From NCBI RefSeq assembly GCF_008831285.2, contig NC_045138.2, positions 4,216,001 through 4,280,000 on the forward strand: a stretch of DNA of 64,000 nt. The letters run 5' to 3'. This document shows, piece after piece, positions 26,157 to 39,213 of the stretch (position 1 is its first letter; each line of letters begins with the position of its first letter). Under the pieces are notes generated by a model, which did no database searches, had not been told where the DNA came from, and saw only the letters and a list, made by a program, of their open reading frames with translations. The stretch is from Nymphaea colorata. Lineage: Eukaryota. Position numbers and translations under genes: made by a program.

Positions 26157-27667
26157 GTATCATATTTGCACTTTGGGAAATGGCAGTCTGATTTGGCCTA
26201 GTTGCTTTTATCTTTTTCTTTTATTTTCCGTTTCCTTTTTAGCGGCGCTTTCCATTTTCTATAAACTATTTCTGCTTATATTAGCATACCTTTATTTGTA
26301 AAGCATGCTAATGTTGGTTAGTTTCGTAGAAAGACATCTAACGATATGGCAACGATAAAAACGGAAATTAGGCACACCTAACCTTTCTCACGGTTAATGA
26401 AAATGTTTACTGTATTTTTTCTGTAAAATTAATTGTTAAATCAGTAGCAATAAAATTTTGTTGTAATTATTAGTCTTTTCAATAATATAAACAGTTAAAT
26501 GTGCCCTTTTTTATTGACAATTCTTAAAGTGTGTATTTCAATATTTTCCCCAAGTCACGATATCACATTCATCTTTATATATATATATATATATATATAC
26601 TTTGGGTTGGAACTCAACGGCTGTGCACCAGGCCAGGTCAGGCTGGTGCTCATGCCTGAAACCTGGACTCAACCGCAGTTTGGGCCTAGGCTCTGCTTGA
26701 CCTGATTAAAATAAAATATATAAGAAATATATAATTTTAATTTATAAATATATCTAATTATAATAAAAATTTTCAAATAAAATAACATTTTAAATAAACT
26801 CGGGTTAAGAGAGGTTCGGTAAGTAAGACGGAGTGATGGATGCGTGATTGTGAAGTTCAAACATAGCATCAGTCGTTACCTATTTAATAAAAATGATCAA
26901 GAACTTTATTCTTTTATATACATGCTTTTCTTTTATTGATTTCACTTATTTCAAACAAGTTTTTGTTTCTAAAAGTATTTTTTACGTTTCTTTATTAAGT
27001 AGAAATATTTAAAAATTGTAAAAATGCAACAAAATGCTGAAATATGAAGAATATTTTGAATAATGCCACGAGTCATCCGGATCCAAATAAAGTCCAGATG
27101 CTCCTCCACGGGGAATCGGTGGATGGGTATTTATGTCATTTTCTCTTCGGGAGCCAGCGACTTATTGTTTGTCGATGGGCACCGTCGGTGGCGAAAACTC
27201 CGATGGGCGGGCGGCCCACCTTCTTCTGTGGGACCCGCCCATGCGCGTGACCGACGGCGGAAAGAAAATTAAAATATCGGAAAATGTTCACGATAATTTG
27301 AACATCCGATTTCGGAAAATATCGGCCCGTGTTCCTCGACCCGTTGCTTTCATTTTACAAACAAACAAATCGATATTTACAATTTAGTTCGTGAAGAATT
27401 TATTATTTTCGCCGACACCGGCTATCTCTCTCTCTCTCTCCTCCTGATTAAGATAAATAATTGATTTAGCGAGGTATATATGAAAAGTCGACCAACATGA
27501 AGGAATATTTTTTGCCACATTTATTTATGACATAAGCAAAAAAGCAAAGTGGGGACACTCTTTTATCAAATTTGGAGTTCTATATTGGCAAGTTATAGAG
27601 TGACGTGCCTACAACATGAATGATCTCGATATCACTCATATATTATTGTTACAAAATTTATATAAAT

Positions 27668-28026
27668 AAGGGTGAGTTCAGTCAATTCCAGCTCGGCTCA
27701 ACTAATGAAATCTGATGTTTGATTAAACTCCATCTTGAGAATAGCATGATGGAAGCAACTCGAGCTCGACTCGATTAAGGCTCAACAAACTGGTTTGAAT
27801 AGAATTGATATCCATCGTTATGTGTTGAGCTCGAAGTCGACTCACTTAAGACTCGAGAAACTCAAATAAGACTCAAGCTTAACTCGACAGTTACATGTTA
27901 AACTCGAATTCATTCAAACGAGTCTACTCATGAACCCGAGCTCGACTCGTTAAGCAAATGACTCAGCTTGAATTCGTCCATGAGCCGAGCTTTAACGAGT
28001 CAAGCTCGAGTAGTTGTTCACCCCTA
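27668..28026. mobile_element. Inverted copy of the TCGAG-rich hAT-type element
   Basis: Ends in TGTTCACCCCTA. Internal blocks (AACGAGTCTACTCATGAA, CAGTCAA.TCCAGCT.GGCTCAACTAATGAAA, CTCGATTAAGGCTC) are reverse complements of blocks in 24231-24636. Confidence 0.75.
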
Positions 28027-31000
28027 AATTAACTATTGACAAATACATATTTTGCATTGTTGGCAATCAATATAGGAGATTAATATAATGACATATATTT
28101 AAAACATGATATTGCTCAGTCATTGGATTTTATGATTTATCAATAAGTTTTAATTGTTTTATTTTAGATAAAATCATCTTGAGAGTCCAACCGAATATCA
28201 ATTAATCAACAACCGCTCTCTTAATCTCTCATTCGTATATTAGAATAGTCTTAGTATCATTTTTTTCAAAAGAAAACAAGGAGGGCCTGTGCACCTCCCT
28301 TCTTTTTCTCTCCGCGTTAGGTAAGATTATTGAATCCGGTCCATTTTCAAGTCTGCCCACAAGTGCTGCTCGATCTAATATGAGCAGTATCGGGTCATAC
28401 CCAAGTCATTGACTGGCCTAACTAAAGCAACATATGGATTTGATATAGATTGCATAAATAACCGAACCGCCTTAAATCAGTTGACTATGGAATAATTAAT
28501 TAGAATATATTCGCGATTGAAAAGAGCTAATCCAATCGGATTCAGATCTGAATCCAGTTTTACTTGAATACCCAATGAATAATTTGGATCTTAGCTTCAT
28601 TTATTAATATGGACCTCCGAATTTCAATATTCAAATCTATATGTGTCGTTGGAATTCCATTCCAAATGTACAAAAATTGCAATGCCAAGTCCATTAAGAA
28701 GGTGTAACAGCAGTTATGTCATTCCATCATTTGCAGGTGGAATGAGCAAAAAAGTTACTTTGCTGCATTTCATCTGCGATGTTAAAATACAACCTGCTCT
28801 TAATACTCAAATTGAATATCTTGCAGTTTTAAGAGGATCGAGTAAAATATAGTGACACATTTCATATATTTAAAATTAAAATTGAAATTTAAATAAGCTT
28901 GGGCATTGCGTCAGATAAATCTAGTTGTTAATATTTAGGTACTTGCGCGGCCAGTCTGCCTTTAACGCTTTGTTTGGATGGAGGGAAAAAAAATGAAAGG
29001 GACATGTAAAAAAAAAATGAAAAGAAATAAGTGATTATAAAACTTGTTTGGATAGAAATGAAAGTTGAAAAAATCATATTTGGAAAGAAAATGATAAATA
29101 TTATATTACTTTACAATAATGCCACTAATATTCAATTATAGAAGTGTACATGGAACACAATGAACAACGACAACCCACTGTCCAATGGTGGCGATGGGGA
29201 CTTGGGCGATGGTCGATATGGCCTGAACGAAAAATATTACCATCAAAGTCTTGAACAGTGGTGGAAAGAGAGAGAAAGATAGAGTCGGTGCTTATGGGAG
29301 TCTTAACCGGGGAGAGAGAGCCATGCAATGTCAAGGATATACACGGTACGAATAGCTTTTTTTTTCTTCTCAATCTTTTCAATTTTAGAGAATTAGATTC
29401 ATATTAAAGCATTATTTTCATTCCCTTCTTTTACAACCAAACAACATTTTTATTTATTTTTAATTAATTAACCAAACAAGGATTGATTGTTCAATATTTC
29501 CCAAGGCCCAGCCCAGATGCCTGATTTTTGGTGCCCAGTATGGTAAACCACTAAAATACAATTAATTTACATTAAAAAAGAAAACTTGTCGTAAAAACAA
29601 AATTGAAAATGAAAAAACCTAAAAAAAAACTATACGAGAAGTTTTTTAGTAAATTACCAAAATGTTATTCTTCCTTTAATATACAACAATGTAACTTTCC
29701 CTCTTGCCTAACAAATCTCAAATCTTGTCAAGCCACGTGTCTCAAGAGTGACATGTGACAACCATGCTCGAGATTCAGACCTGTCTCTCGGGGCACGTGA
29801 TGGTTTCGTTCGTCCTTTTTTTTTATATAATGCCACATAAAAACATACGTCAATAAGATTTTTTTTTTTTTTTAAATTAGAAAATGAGATCATTGTTGGG
29901 TACTTCACGAGTAGCCTTCAAACCTTAAAGCTTAAACAAATCTCTCTTTCCGTTTTATATATTCACTTGGAAGGCAAGAACATGCAGAGCAGGTAATGGA
30001 GAAGATCTATCAGGTACATGTTTGACTTGAAACGGAAACCTTTGTTCCTTCCAACGCGCACAACAGCGGCACCAAACGCGTCTCCGCATGTGCAGCAATA
30101 GCATTCAAACGGCGATCGGATGGTACATATCTCTTGTGTGCATGTGTATTTTATTTCAAAGAAACTTGTATAAGGAAACCCATAATAAGGCCACCTTGCG
30201 TGATGATGTGATTGACAGAATTTTTGTCCTCTTAAAATAATATATATGAAAAGTTCTTCGATCATCCTTACAGGGCCACGGAAAGGGAGGCTTCAGGCTA
30301 TTGTTTCTTTTTGATGTTCGAAAAAAAAAAATACACTTATATTATTGAAAAATTTTAATTTGGTATATGTAAACATTTTGAAAAGTATAATTTTGGAAAT
30401 ACTATTTAACCTGTCTAGCTTCGCCCTTAGCAATAAGTGGAGATACTAGCAAAGGCGGAGTTATGATTTTTTTAAGGGCGGGCTAAACGGTTCGTGAGTC
30501 AGGCCAAAAAGAACGACAGGTCGGGACAAACTAAAAAAATTTAATTTTTTCAATATAATTTTTTTTTGTTGATGAAGGCCATCTGATTCAATAATTAATT
30601 GAAAAGTTGAAGTCAGTCAGGGTCCTATACTCACTCTCTCATTGAACATGCCGTGCATGTGGTGGACTTTATGCAGCTTACTGATGGGCCGGACAGAGTG
30701 TTTGCGGGTTTAATCACTCTGAGACATTTCAATTTCAGCAGCTACTTTGATACATGGGAAGAGATCACGCTGTGGCTTTCAGTCACTGGAGATCCCACAT
30801 TAAACGCATGCCTGTTAACCCTCGCGAAGCTAAAGAATTAAACTAAAACTAAAACTAGTAGAGCAATTCCTTGTTTATTTGCTCTTTCATCCTCTCTCTC
30901 TCTCCCTAAAACTCTGGCTCCATCTAGTTTTCTCTGCTGTCGATTTAGATCGAGAGAAAGAGATTGTGAGTGTGTGTGTGTGGGGGAGGGGGAGAGAGAG

Positions 31001-34000
31001 ATAGAGAGAGAGCCGATAAAATGAGCATTCATAGCAAAATTTTGAGACAATAAGCCATTTAAGTATATGAACAAACCGCAAAAACAAGAATAAAAGACAA
31101 ATATACAAGACAATCGCACAGTGAAACGAAAATAAAAAGAGATGGAAAGAGAGTGGCTAGATGGCATAGCACAGTCACCCCACTGCAAACGAAAGACGAC
31201 ACCGTATCCAAAAATCAAAATGCACATCCTCCTTTACCAGAGAGAGAGATGAAAGAAAACAACAGACCGACAATCACAATAGCCGCAAGAAGCATTAACG
31301 TTGACATTGATTTATTGGAGTCGGTGTTCAAATTCTCTCTCTCCCACTCTCTACATCTATTGTTTATTTATATTTTTGATTCCATATATTGATCATTTTG
31401 AACTAAAATAGAACTATTTCTGGAATATTCACAGTGTATAATATCATACACTATGTATAATATCATAACTCTTAATAGTCACACATACGTCTACATGATT
31501 GGAGTTGTCAAAACATTTAATAATTTAATAAGGAGAAAAATAAAGAGAGTGTGAAACCATAATTCTCAAGTTTAGCTAACTTCCAACGCCAACCAAGTGG
31601 ATATGAAAGTGAAGGGCCCACCTGCATGGATGGCCACCTAACTTAGGTGGTTGGATATGCATGAAATCCCGAACCCAAGTTTGGGTAGGGTGCAATTGTC
31701 TCAAGTCTGGTCAAGCCCAACAAATCCGTAGTTCTTAGTTCAGCGAACTTGACTACCCAACGACTTTTTTTTTTTTTTCTCTTTACAAGTCTTTGTAATT
31801 TGTACGTTGAGAGATAAGGGGTTGGGTGGAGGCTTCGGCCTTTTATCAAGTAAATTGGATTTAACATTTGGGGATCTTTGCCCTTTGTGTCTAATTTAGA
31901 TCTAAATTTCATGAATGCAAAATTTTAAAATATTTGCTTCAAGTTCACCAAGCGACTAGGGTTTACTCGAGCAAGTTATAGTGCAGTCTTTCATTGTTAA
32001 TCCAATTGCAAAATCAGCAAGTTTGAGTGCATTATAAGAATTTTTAGTGCACATTTAACATAAAAAAATTAAGATAAAATGCTTGTTTGGGACCGGGTAA
32101 AGATCAAATATAAGATATAATATAATGTTTAATACAACAAAAAAACCCTAACTGTGCCAACCTAGAAAGAACCATTATATTTACTCGTATTATTTCTATG
32201 TGATTAAATACCAATGAAGTCCAGTGTTTGACTAAAGTTGACATGATTAAGCAGCAACATAAGGCTGTCGAACTCTAGAATTGAGGGAGTGAGAGAAAGA
32301 AAAAAAAAAACTTCATTTACATAGATCTAAGAGGTCATTTGAACACAAAAAACCAAGTCATCATCATCATTGAGATGGTGTTTGATGGTTTAGAATTTTG
32401 ATTAAAGAATTAAAATTTCAGGAACATAGTTCATCCTCAAACTGAGATAGAATCAAAATTCCAAGGTTCAGTTTTCAAATTCTGGAAAAAAAATAACTTA
32501 TTTTGTTTAATAATCTAATTTATTAGAATTTGAGCATTTGTAATTGTAACATTTTATGATCCTTAGGTATATCAAAAACCCTCTAGGTGTCTTGACACCT
32601 GATTGAAGACCTAGTTGAGTGTCAAACCGATTTTTTTGTCTGCCGCACAGGAAAAATCATGTGCATCGATTGAAAATCGTACGGGGAAGGGAAGTTTAAC
32701 GCGCCGTATGGTGAGTGCATCAAATGCCAAAATATTTCCCTCGCAAAATTTGTACGAACACGGAGAATTTAACTCGCAAAGAAGTCCAACGTCTAAGAGG
32801 TCGGACTTTTTACTGCAGAGAATTTAACCAATTCGCTGCCTCTCCTCTGTCACTCTCTCCTTCCTCTTCTCTCACTCTCTCCTTCCTCTCCTCTCTCGCT
32901 CTCTCTTTCCTCTTCTCTCTCGCTACCTCTCCTCTCTCGCTCTCTCCCGCTGCCTCTCCTCTCTCGCTCTGTCGTTCCCCTCCTTTATCACTGCCTCTCT
33001 TTTCTCACTCTTTTGTTCCTCTCCTCTCTCGCTCTCTCGTTACCATGCAAAAAACTACTATATGCACTAAACACAGTTAATTTTACATTGTAAAAAACTT
33101 CCCTCAATCAAACAAGGCCTCAAATTGAGAGAAGGTAAAATTTCATCATGTATTTTTTTCAGCATTCTTTTTCATGATAATTTTGCCACGTTAAATTATT
33201 CATTGCCCAAACAGGGCCTTAAAGAAAAAATTGTGTTTGGGTGACACCAAAACTAGGTTTGTGAGAGATTAAATGTCCCTAAAACATGGATATGACAAAA
33301 CCTGGTTTTGTATAAAGGAGTAAAAAACTTGAACACTCCACCAAGTAAATTTTTAAAATTCATTAAAAAACTTGGTTTTCATAAAACTATGTTTTTAAAA
33401 ATTTGGATTATAAAAGGGTGTCATCCAAACGCCCCCCCTTTCTTTTTTTTTTTTTAATTAAAAGAAAAGCGGGTTTTAGAAGGTCATTTTTTTATCATTT
33501 GTGTATTTTGTACTGGCTTAACAGAATGTTACCAGTAGCTAGTAAGGTCATTTTTCTTCCCAAAATGATGAGAAAAGAAAAAGGAAAGGATTTTTTTTCC
33601 CATTTTGTTATTATATTTTTAAAAATATTATAAAAAGGTGTGTAACATTTGAGCAGATAACAAATCATTTCCCTTATTCTAAAAGTTATTAACAAACATG
33701 CACTCAACTTTTGAAGATTTTTTTTTTTAAAAACTGCATTCCTTGTTCAAAGAATGTTAATATAAAACAACAAAAATGCCTTCCCTAAAGAAAAAAAATA
33801 TTATGTTGTTCAAGAGAATGGCCCTTTAAAAGATGTATTTTGACATGTTAGATCAAAAGGTAATGTTCTTACTGGTAAGTGGCGCTTTGAGAAATTTTGT
33901 CTTATGATTTATGATTTATTATTTTATATATATTATGTTTGGCCATAGCAAGAAGCTGAAGATAATTTGCACAAACAAATTGTTGACGTTTTGTATTTTT

Positions 34001-35017
34001 TTTACTATGGGTAACAATTTAATTAGTTTAAATCATTCACATATATCGCTAACGGGTTTTAAACAGCGGGCATTTCCTGAGGTACTTTCGGGCAAAGCTG
34101 AAAATCTTGGAAAAAATTGGCAATAAACAAATCCAAAATATGATGAAAAAAAAATGAAAAAAATACAAAAATAACATGAAAAAAAATGATAAAAAAACGA
34201 TTGTTTAGTAATGATATACATGAAGACAATAATAAAACTTAAGTTTTAAACTTTAAAGCAAAAACTAGGCAGACAAAACGTGATAAAGTTGCAGAAATTT
34301 CTTTTGGAGTTTTTTTTTTTGTTTGGTTGTAATAAACGAGAAAAAGACGAGCTTCATTTTATGTTTTCATCGAGCCTTTTTCAAAAAAGTTGGATTTTAT
34401 GTGATAATGGCTTGAACAAGACCTCAAGTGATGCAAATACTTGTTGTTGTCTATTTTCTTGTCATGCTTAATACTTGGCAAATTTACTATCATAATCTTA
34501 TTTTCGAATATTTGTTTTATAGATACAAATAAAAATCACAACATAATGTTTTTTTGAATCAATTACTCTTTCAGATTGGACTAACAATTATCTGTTCTAA
34601 TCATTTTTGCAATTTGATTTTTTTTTTCAGTCTATCTACAAGAGATCGAAAGAGAGATGCGAAACCGGAAAAAAATGTAGTTTGTGGAATTTATTTTTTG
34701 AAATTAAGAAATTATTGTTTGTACAAGCCATCAATACCGATTTTTAAAAGTGGATTATAACCATCCAATTATTTTGTTAGCTAATTTTATTTCGTGGTAA
34801 TTATTTATTAGGAAATAAAAAATATACCTGGCTTTATTTCATGTACCCCATAAAATAAGTAGCCAAAGAATGAAAACATTCAAAATTATGAAGACCTGCA
34901 ATTTACCTTGACCATCATAAAAAGCATGACTACACACATATATTATTTAATATTAATATTCAAAGGAATAAAACAATTAATTGTTAATTAAATGAGACAT
35001 AAATTTACATATTAGTT

Positions 35018-35022
<5 letters not shown>

Positions 35023-35107
<85 letters not shown>
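35023..35107. repeat. Compound (TA)n(GA)n microsatellite in the MET1 promoter
   Basis: Directly visible. A similar compound tract lies at 53480-53541. Confidence 0.95.
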
Positions 35108-35109
<2 letters not shown>

Positions 35110-35117
35110 AACCAAAA

Positions 35118-35214
35118 TTCAAAAAGGCGCGGCACTTCGTTAGCGGGGAAGAGGCGGAGTTTTTAAATCCGGAAATTTCGGCTCCCGCTGGCGGGAAACG
35201 CGACCCAACGGTCA
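35118..35214 (+). promoter_or_regulatory. Cell-cycle promoter module: E2F site + MSA element (+ CHR-like TTYRAA)
   Basis: GCGGGAAA at 35191-35198 is the reverse complement of the E2F consensus TTTCCCGC. CCCAACGGTCA at 35204-35214 fits the MSA consensus YCYAACGGYYA. TTCAAA at 35118 and TTTAAA at 35162. All lie ~200-280 bp upstream of the MET1 ATG. Confidence 0.6.
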
Positions 35215-35397
35215 CACACAGAAAGAGAGAGAGCTCTGTCATGAACTCGATCGTCTCTCTTTACTGTTCTTCCTTTCCGTGCTTCTTCCCGTTCTCGATT
35301 TCTTCCGTCCGATCTCGAGTCTAGGGCTTCCGACGGAGCCCTAGTTCGGATTTATCCCCAAATCCGTTCTGGGGAGGTTGAATCGATCGACGGAAAG

Positions 35398-38300
35398 ATG
35401 GGATCGGCGACGGCGATCGATTTGAGCCTCACGAAAGTGGATAAAACTACCAAATCCGGCAGCTGCGGTCGCCAGAGTTCTACGCGTTCAGGTAAAGCCC
35501 TTACTCAGTTTCTTTGCTCGCAGCAGCCTCGCTTCTTCCTTTGGATTTTGTTTCATCGTTCGTGCGTGTTTTGTTAGTCGCTTTCTTAGGGTTTTTTGTG
35601 CGTTTTGCTTTTATTGTTTATGCAATGGGGCGGAGAACAGGAGGGAAGAAGAAGTCCTCGAAGACGTCGCGGATTTCTGGCAGTAAGCGGACGTCTGAGG
35701 CGGCTTCGTTGGAGACGGTTCTTCCCCGGAAGACGCCTAGCCGGGCCGCGGCCATCGCTTCGCTGCAGAACCTCAAGGAGAAATCCATCCGGTTGCCGGA
35801 GAAGCCCGACCTTATCGTCGCCAAGACGGACCGGGTAGTTGAGGATGAAGTTACTGCCTTAAGGTTGACGGTTGATGGACCTGAGGATGATTCCGGCCTT
35901 CCCCAGAGGGGCCTATTTGATTTCATCATCCATGACGAGGATGGAGTTGCTCAGCCATTGGAGATGCTCGAAGTGCAGGATCTCTTCGTTTCTAGTCTCG
36001 TCCTCCCACAAGGCAAGGGGTCTGCCGATCGATCTTTGGGGGTCATGTGCGAGGGTTTTGGGCGGATAGAGATGTGGTCAATATCTGGATTTGAGACGGG
36101 ATCACCAACCGTCTGGGTCGGCACCGAGGTTGCTGAGTACTCATGCCTCAAGCCGGCAGGCCTTTACAAGAGGAATTTCGACTTGTTCTTTGACAAGGCC
36201 TTGCTGTGTGTTGAAGTGTTCAAGAAGCTCTCGAAGTCATTTGGAGGAGATCCAAGTATAGGGTTGGAGGAATTGATTGCCGGCACCATCCGGTCGTTGA
36301 CGGTGAACAAGAGTTTCTCTGGTGGGAACCCAACAAGGGAGTTCATCGTTTCCCAGGGGGAGTTTGTGTTCAATCAATTAGCGGGACTCGACGAAGATGA
36401 GTCTATGATTATGGCAACTATCCAAAATGGCCGTTTCTCAGAGATGCCTGCATTGATTGCATTGCGAGACGAGTGCAGGCAACTTGGATTTTCGTCATTT
36501 AGACCTGCAGGGAGCATAAAAATTAGTGAAAATTCCACTGGTGGTTCAGTTGATGAGGAGATGGACGAGAGTGAGAAAATGGCTAGGTTACTGCATGAAG
36601 AGGAGCTATGGAAGGCGATGAGGCACAAAAATGTGAAATGTCGTGGTCGTTCTAGAAAGAACGAGTACTATATAAAGATCAACGAATCTGAGATAGCTGC
36701 GGATTATCCACTGCCTGCATTTTACAAAGCGTCCGCGGACGAGACTGATGAGTATCTGTTCTTTGAGGATGATGTTTACATGTTCACTCCTGATATGCTC
36801 CCTCGGCGGACTTTACATGATTGGGCTCTTTACAATTCCGACTCAAGATTGGTTCCACTGGAGGTTTTGCCCATGCAGCAAGGAACTGAATCTGATGTGC
36901 TTATTTTTGGCTCTGGTTACATGCTAGATGATGATGGAAATGGGTTCTGTGACTATGAAGGAAGTGGTACTGGAGGATCAGATGCAGGTAGCGTGAAGGG
37001 GATTCCCGTTTATCTCAGTGCTATCAAGGAATGGATGATTGAATTTGGTGGGTCAATGCTATTTGTATCAATCAGGACCGATGGTGCATGGTATCGACTA
37101 GGGAAGCCATCAAAGCAGTACGCTCCATGGTTCCAACCTGTTGTCAAGATTGCCAGGGTTGCCATCTCCATTATCAAAATGCTAAAGAATGAAAGCCGGG
37201 TATCCCGCCTTTCCTTTTCTGATGTTGTCAAGAAAGTTGCTGAGTTGGACAAGTCTGATCCTGCTTTCGTTTTAAGCAGTCCACAAGCAGTCGAGAGATT
37301 CGTGGTTGTGCATGGACAAGTAATCCTTCAACAATTTGCTGAATTTCCTGATGAGACGATTAGAAAAAGTGCATTCATCAATGGTCTCTTGACAAAGATG
37401 GAGCAGATGCGCCACACCAAGCTGGCGATGAAGAAGGTGACATTGAAGAGGGAAGCTAATCAGAATCCTGTTGCTGGGTTGAAGCTGGACAGCGTCAGAC
37501 GGAAGACAATGCAGGCAACTACGACAAAGTTGATCAATCGGATTTGGGGTGAATATTATTCAAATTACATGCCTGAGGAGGACGCCCAGAAAGGTGCAGC
37601 AGTGGATGAAGCGAAGCCAGGGGAGGAGGAGGAAATGGAAGAAAACGAGGATGATGAGGATGAAGAGGAGATAGCTGATCTGGCGCCAAAAGCATGTCTG
37701 AAGCCTTCTCCTTCATTAAAGTCATCAAGAACCAAGTCCAGAGCTAGTTTGGCCGAGTGGAAGGGAGTCTCAGTTGGAAATCTGAAATCCGGCGAATCAC
37801 TTTATCGTGAGGCAATCGTTCGTGGGATTGCCATTGCTGCTGGTGGTGCTCTGCTGGGGGGAATTGATGACAGGTTGCTTATAGTGTTTATTGAGTACAT
37901 GTTTGAGAAAGCCAATGGCTTGAAGATGATACATGGCAGGCTTCTGCAGAGAGGCTCTGAAACTGTGCTTGGTAATGCAGCAAATGGAAGAGAGCTGTTC
38001 TTGACAAATGAATGTGTAGACATAGAACTTGAAGATGTGAAGGAGACAGTAGTGGTGGAACTTCGACGAAGACCTTGGGGGCATGAACACCGAAGGGAGA
38101 ATGCTGATGCAGATAGACTTGACAGGTTGAGAGCAGAAGAGAGAGAAAAGAAGGGCTTGCCTACAGAATATTACTGCAGGAGCCTCTATGCACCAGATAG
38201 AGGTGCTTTCTTCTGTGTGCCTTATGATACAATGGGATTAGGGAATGGTTCTTGCTATGCTTGCAGTTTCAGAGAGGCTTGTGTTGAAGACTTCAGCATA

Positions 38301-39181
38301 CTTGCTGGAAAGTCAGGTTTTCTTCACAAGGGAGTGCGATACTCAGTCAATGATTTTCTGTATGTAAATCCACAAGAATTTTCAGCAGAGGCAGAGTTGG
38401 ACCAGGAGAAGTTTAAGGCAGGTAGGAATGTTGGTCTGAGAGCATATGTGGTTTGCCAGTTCTTGGGGATAGAAGTCTGCAGTGGGTCGAAGCATGCCGA
38501 TGCAAAGTCTACAAAGATCAAAGTTCGGAGATTTTTCAGGCCAGAAGATGTTGGGCAGGAGAAAGCATATGTTGCAGATATCAGAGAAGTATGATCTATG
38601 GACTATACTTTCTTATTTGGCTTGTGACTTACATGAGAGTGTTCTTGGTTGTCAAAACCACCGATGTCTGTGCAACTGGTCAATTTGTAGGAGACTGGGC
38701 TTGGGCCTGAAAGATGCCTGGGCCTAGTTGGGCAACTATTTCACCCACTAGATCCCAACTGGTCATTGACGGATAGTTGATTGTTTGGGCCCACCACAAT
38801 TTACATTTGATTATTTTTTTTTTGCAAATTTTTATTTGCCATTTCATTGGGTAGAATAACTTTTAGTAAGACTTGCCATACTTTTTTTTGTCTTGTTTTT
38901 TGGAATGGATTCTCTCTCTCTCTCCCTTTCTCCATATGTATGTATGTATGCTGTGTGTATGCATATTATCCAAAGCCAGCCAGCTCACATGAGGACCATG
39001 CGATCCATTGTGATGGACATTTAAAAAAAATGAGAAAAAGGTGATGCCTAATGGATATTTTCAACACCTTTTTTCAATCTTGTTTTTTCTTCTAGTCCAT
39101 CCTAATAGTTTGGATGACCCTTATGAGGAGCTGGGTGACCTTGGTTAGTTGAGTCACCATTCACTCTCTCTCCCCCTCTCT

Positions 39182-39213
<32 letters not shown>

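Noticed and set aside
30650..31400. miRNA precursor or small gene in a GA/CT-rich region
   Set aside because: No conserved mature miRNA or clear hairpin was found, and the ORFs are microsatellite-derived. A lncRNA cannot be excluded.
35514..35640. Hydrophobic N-terminal extension of MET1 in the ORF track
   Set aside because: This is translated T-rich intron 1 (GT at 35492, AG at 35639-35640) read from a non-ATG start.
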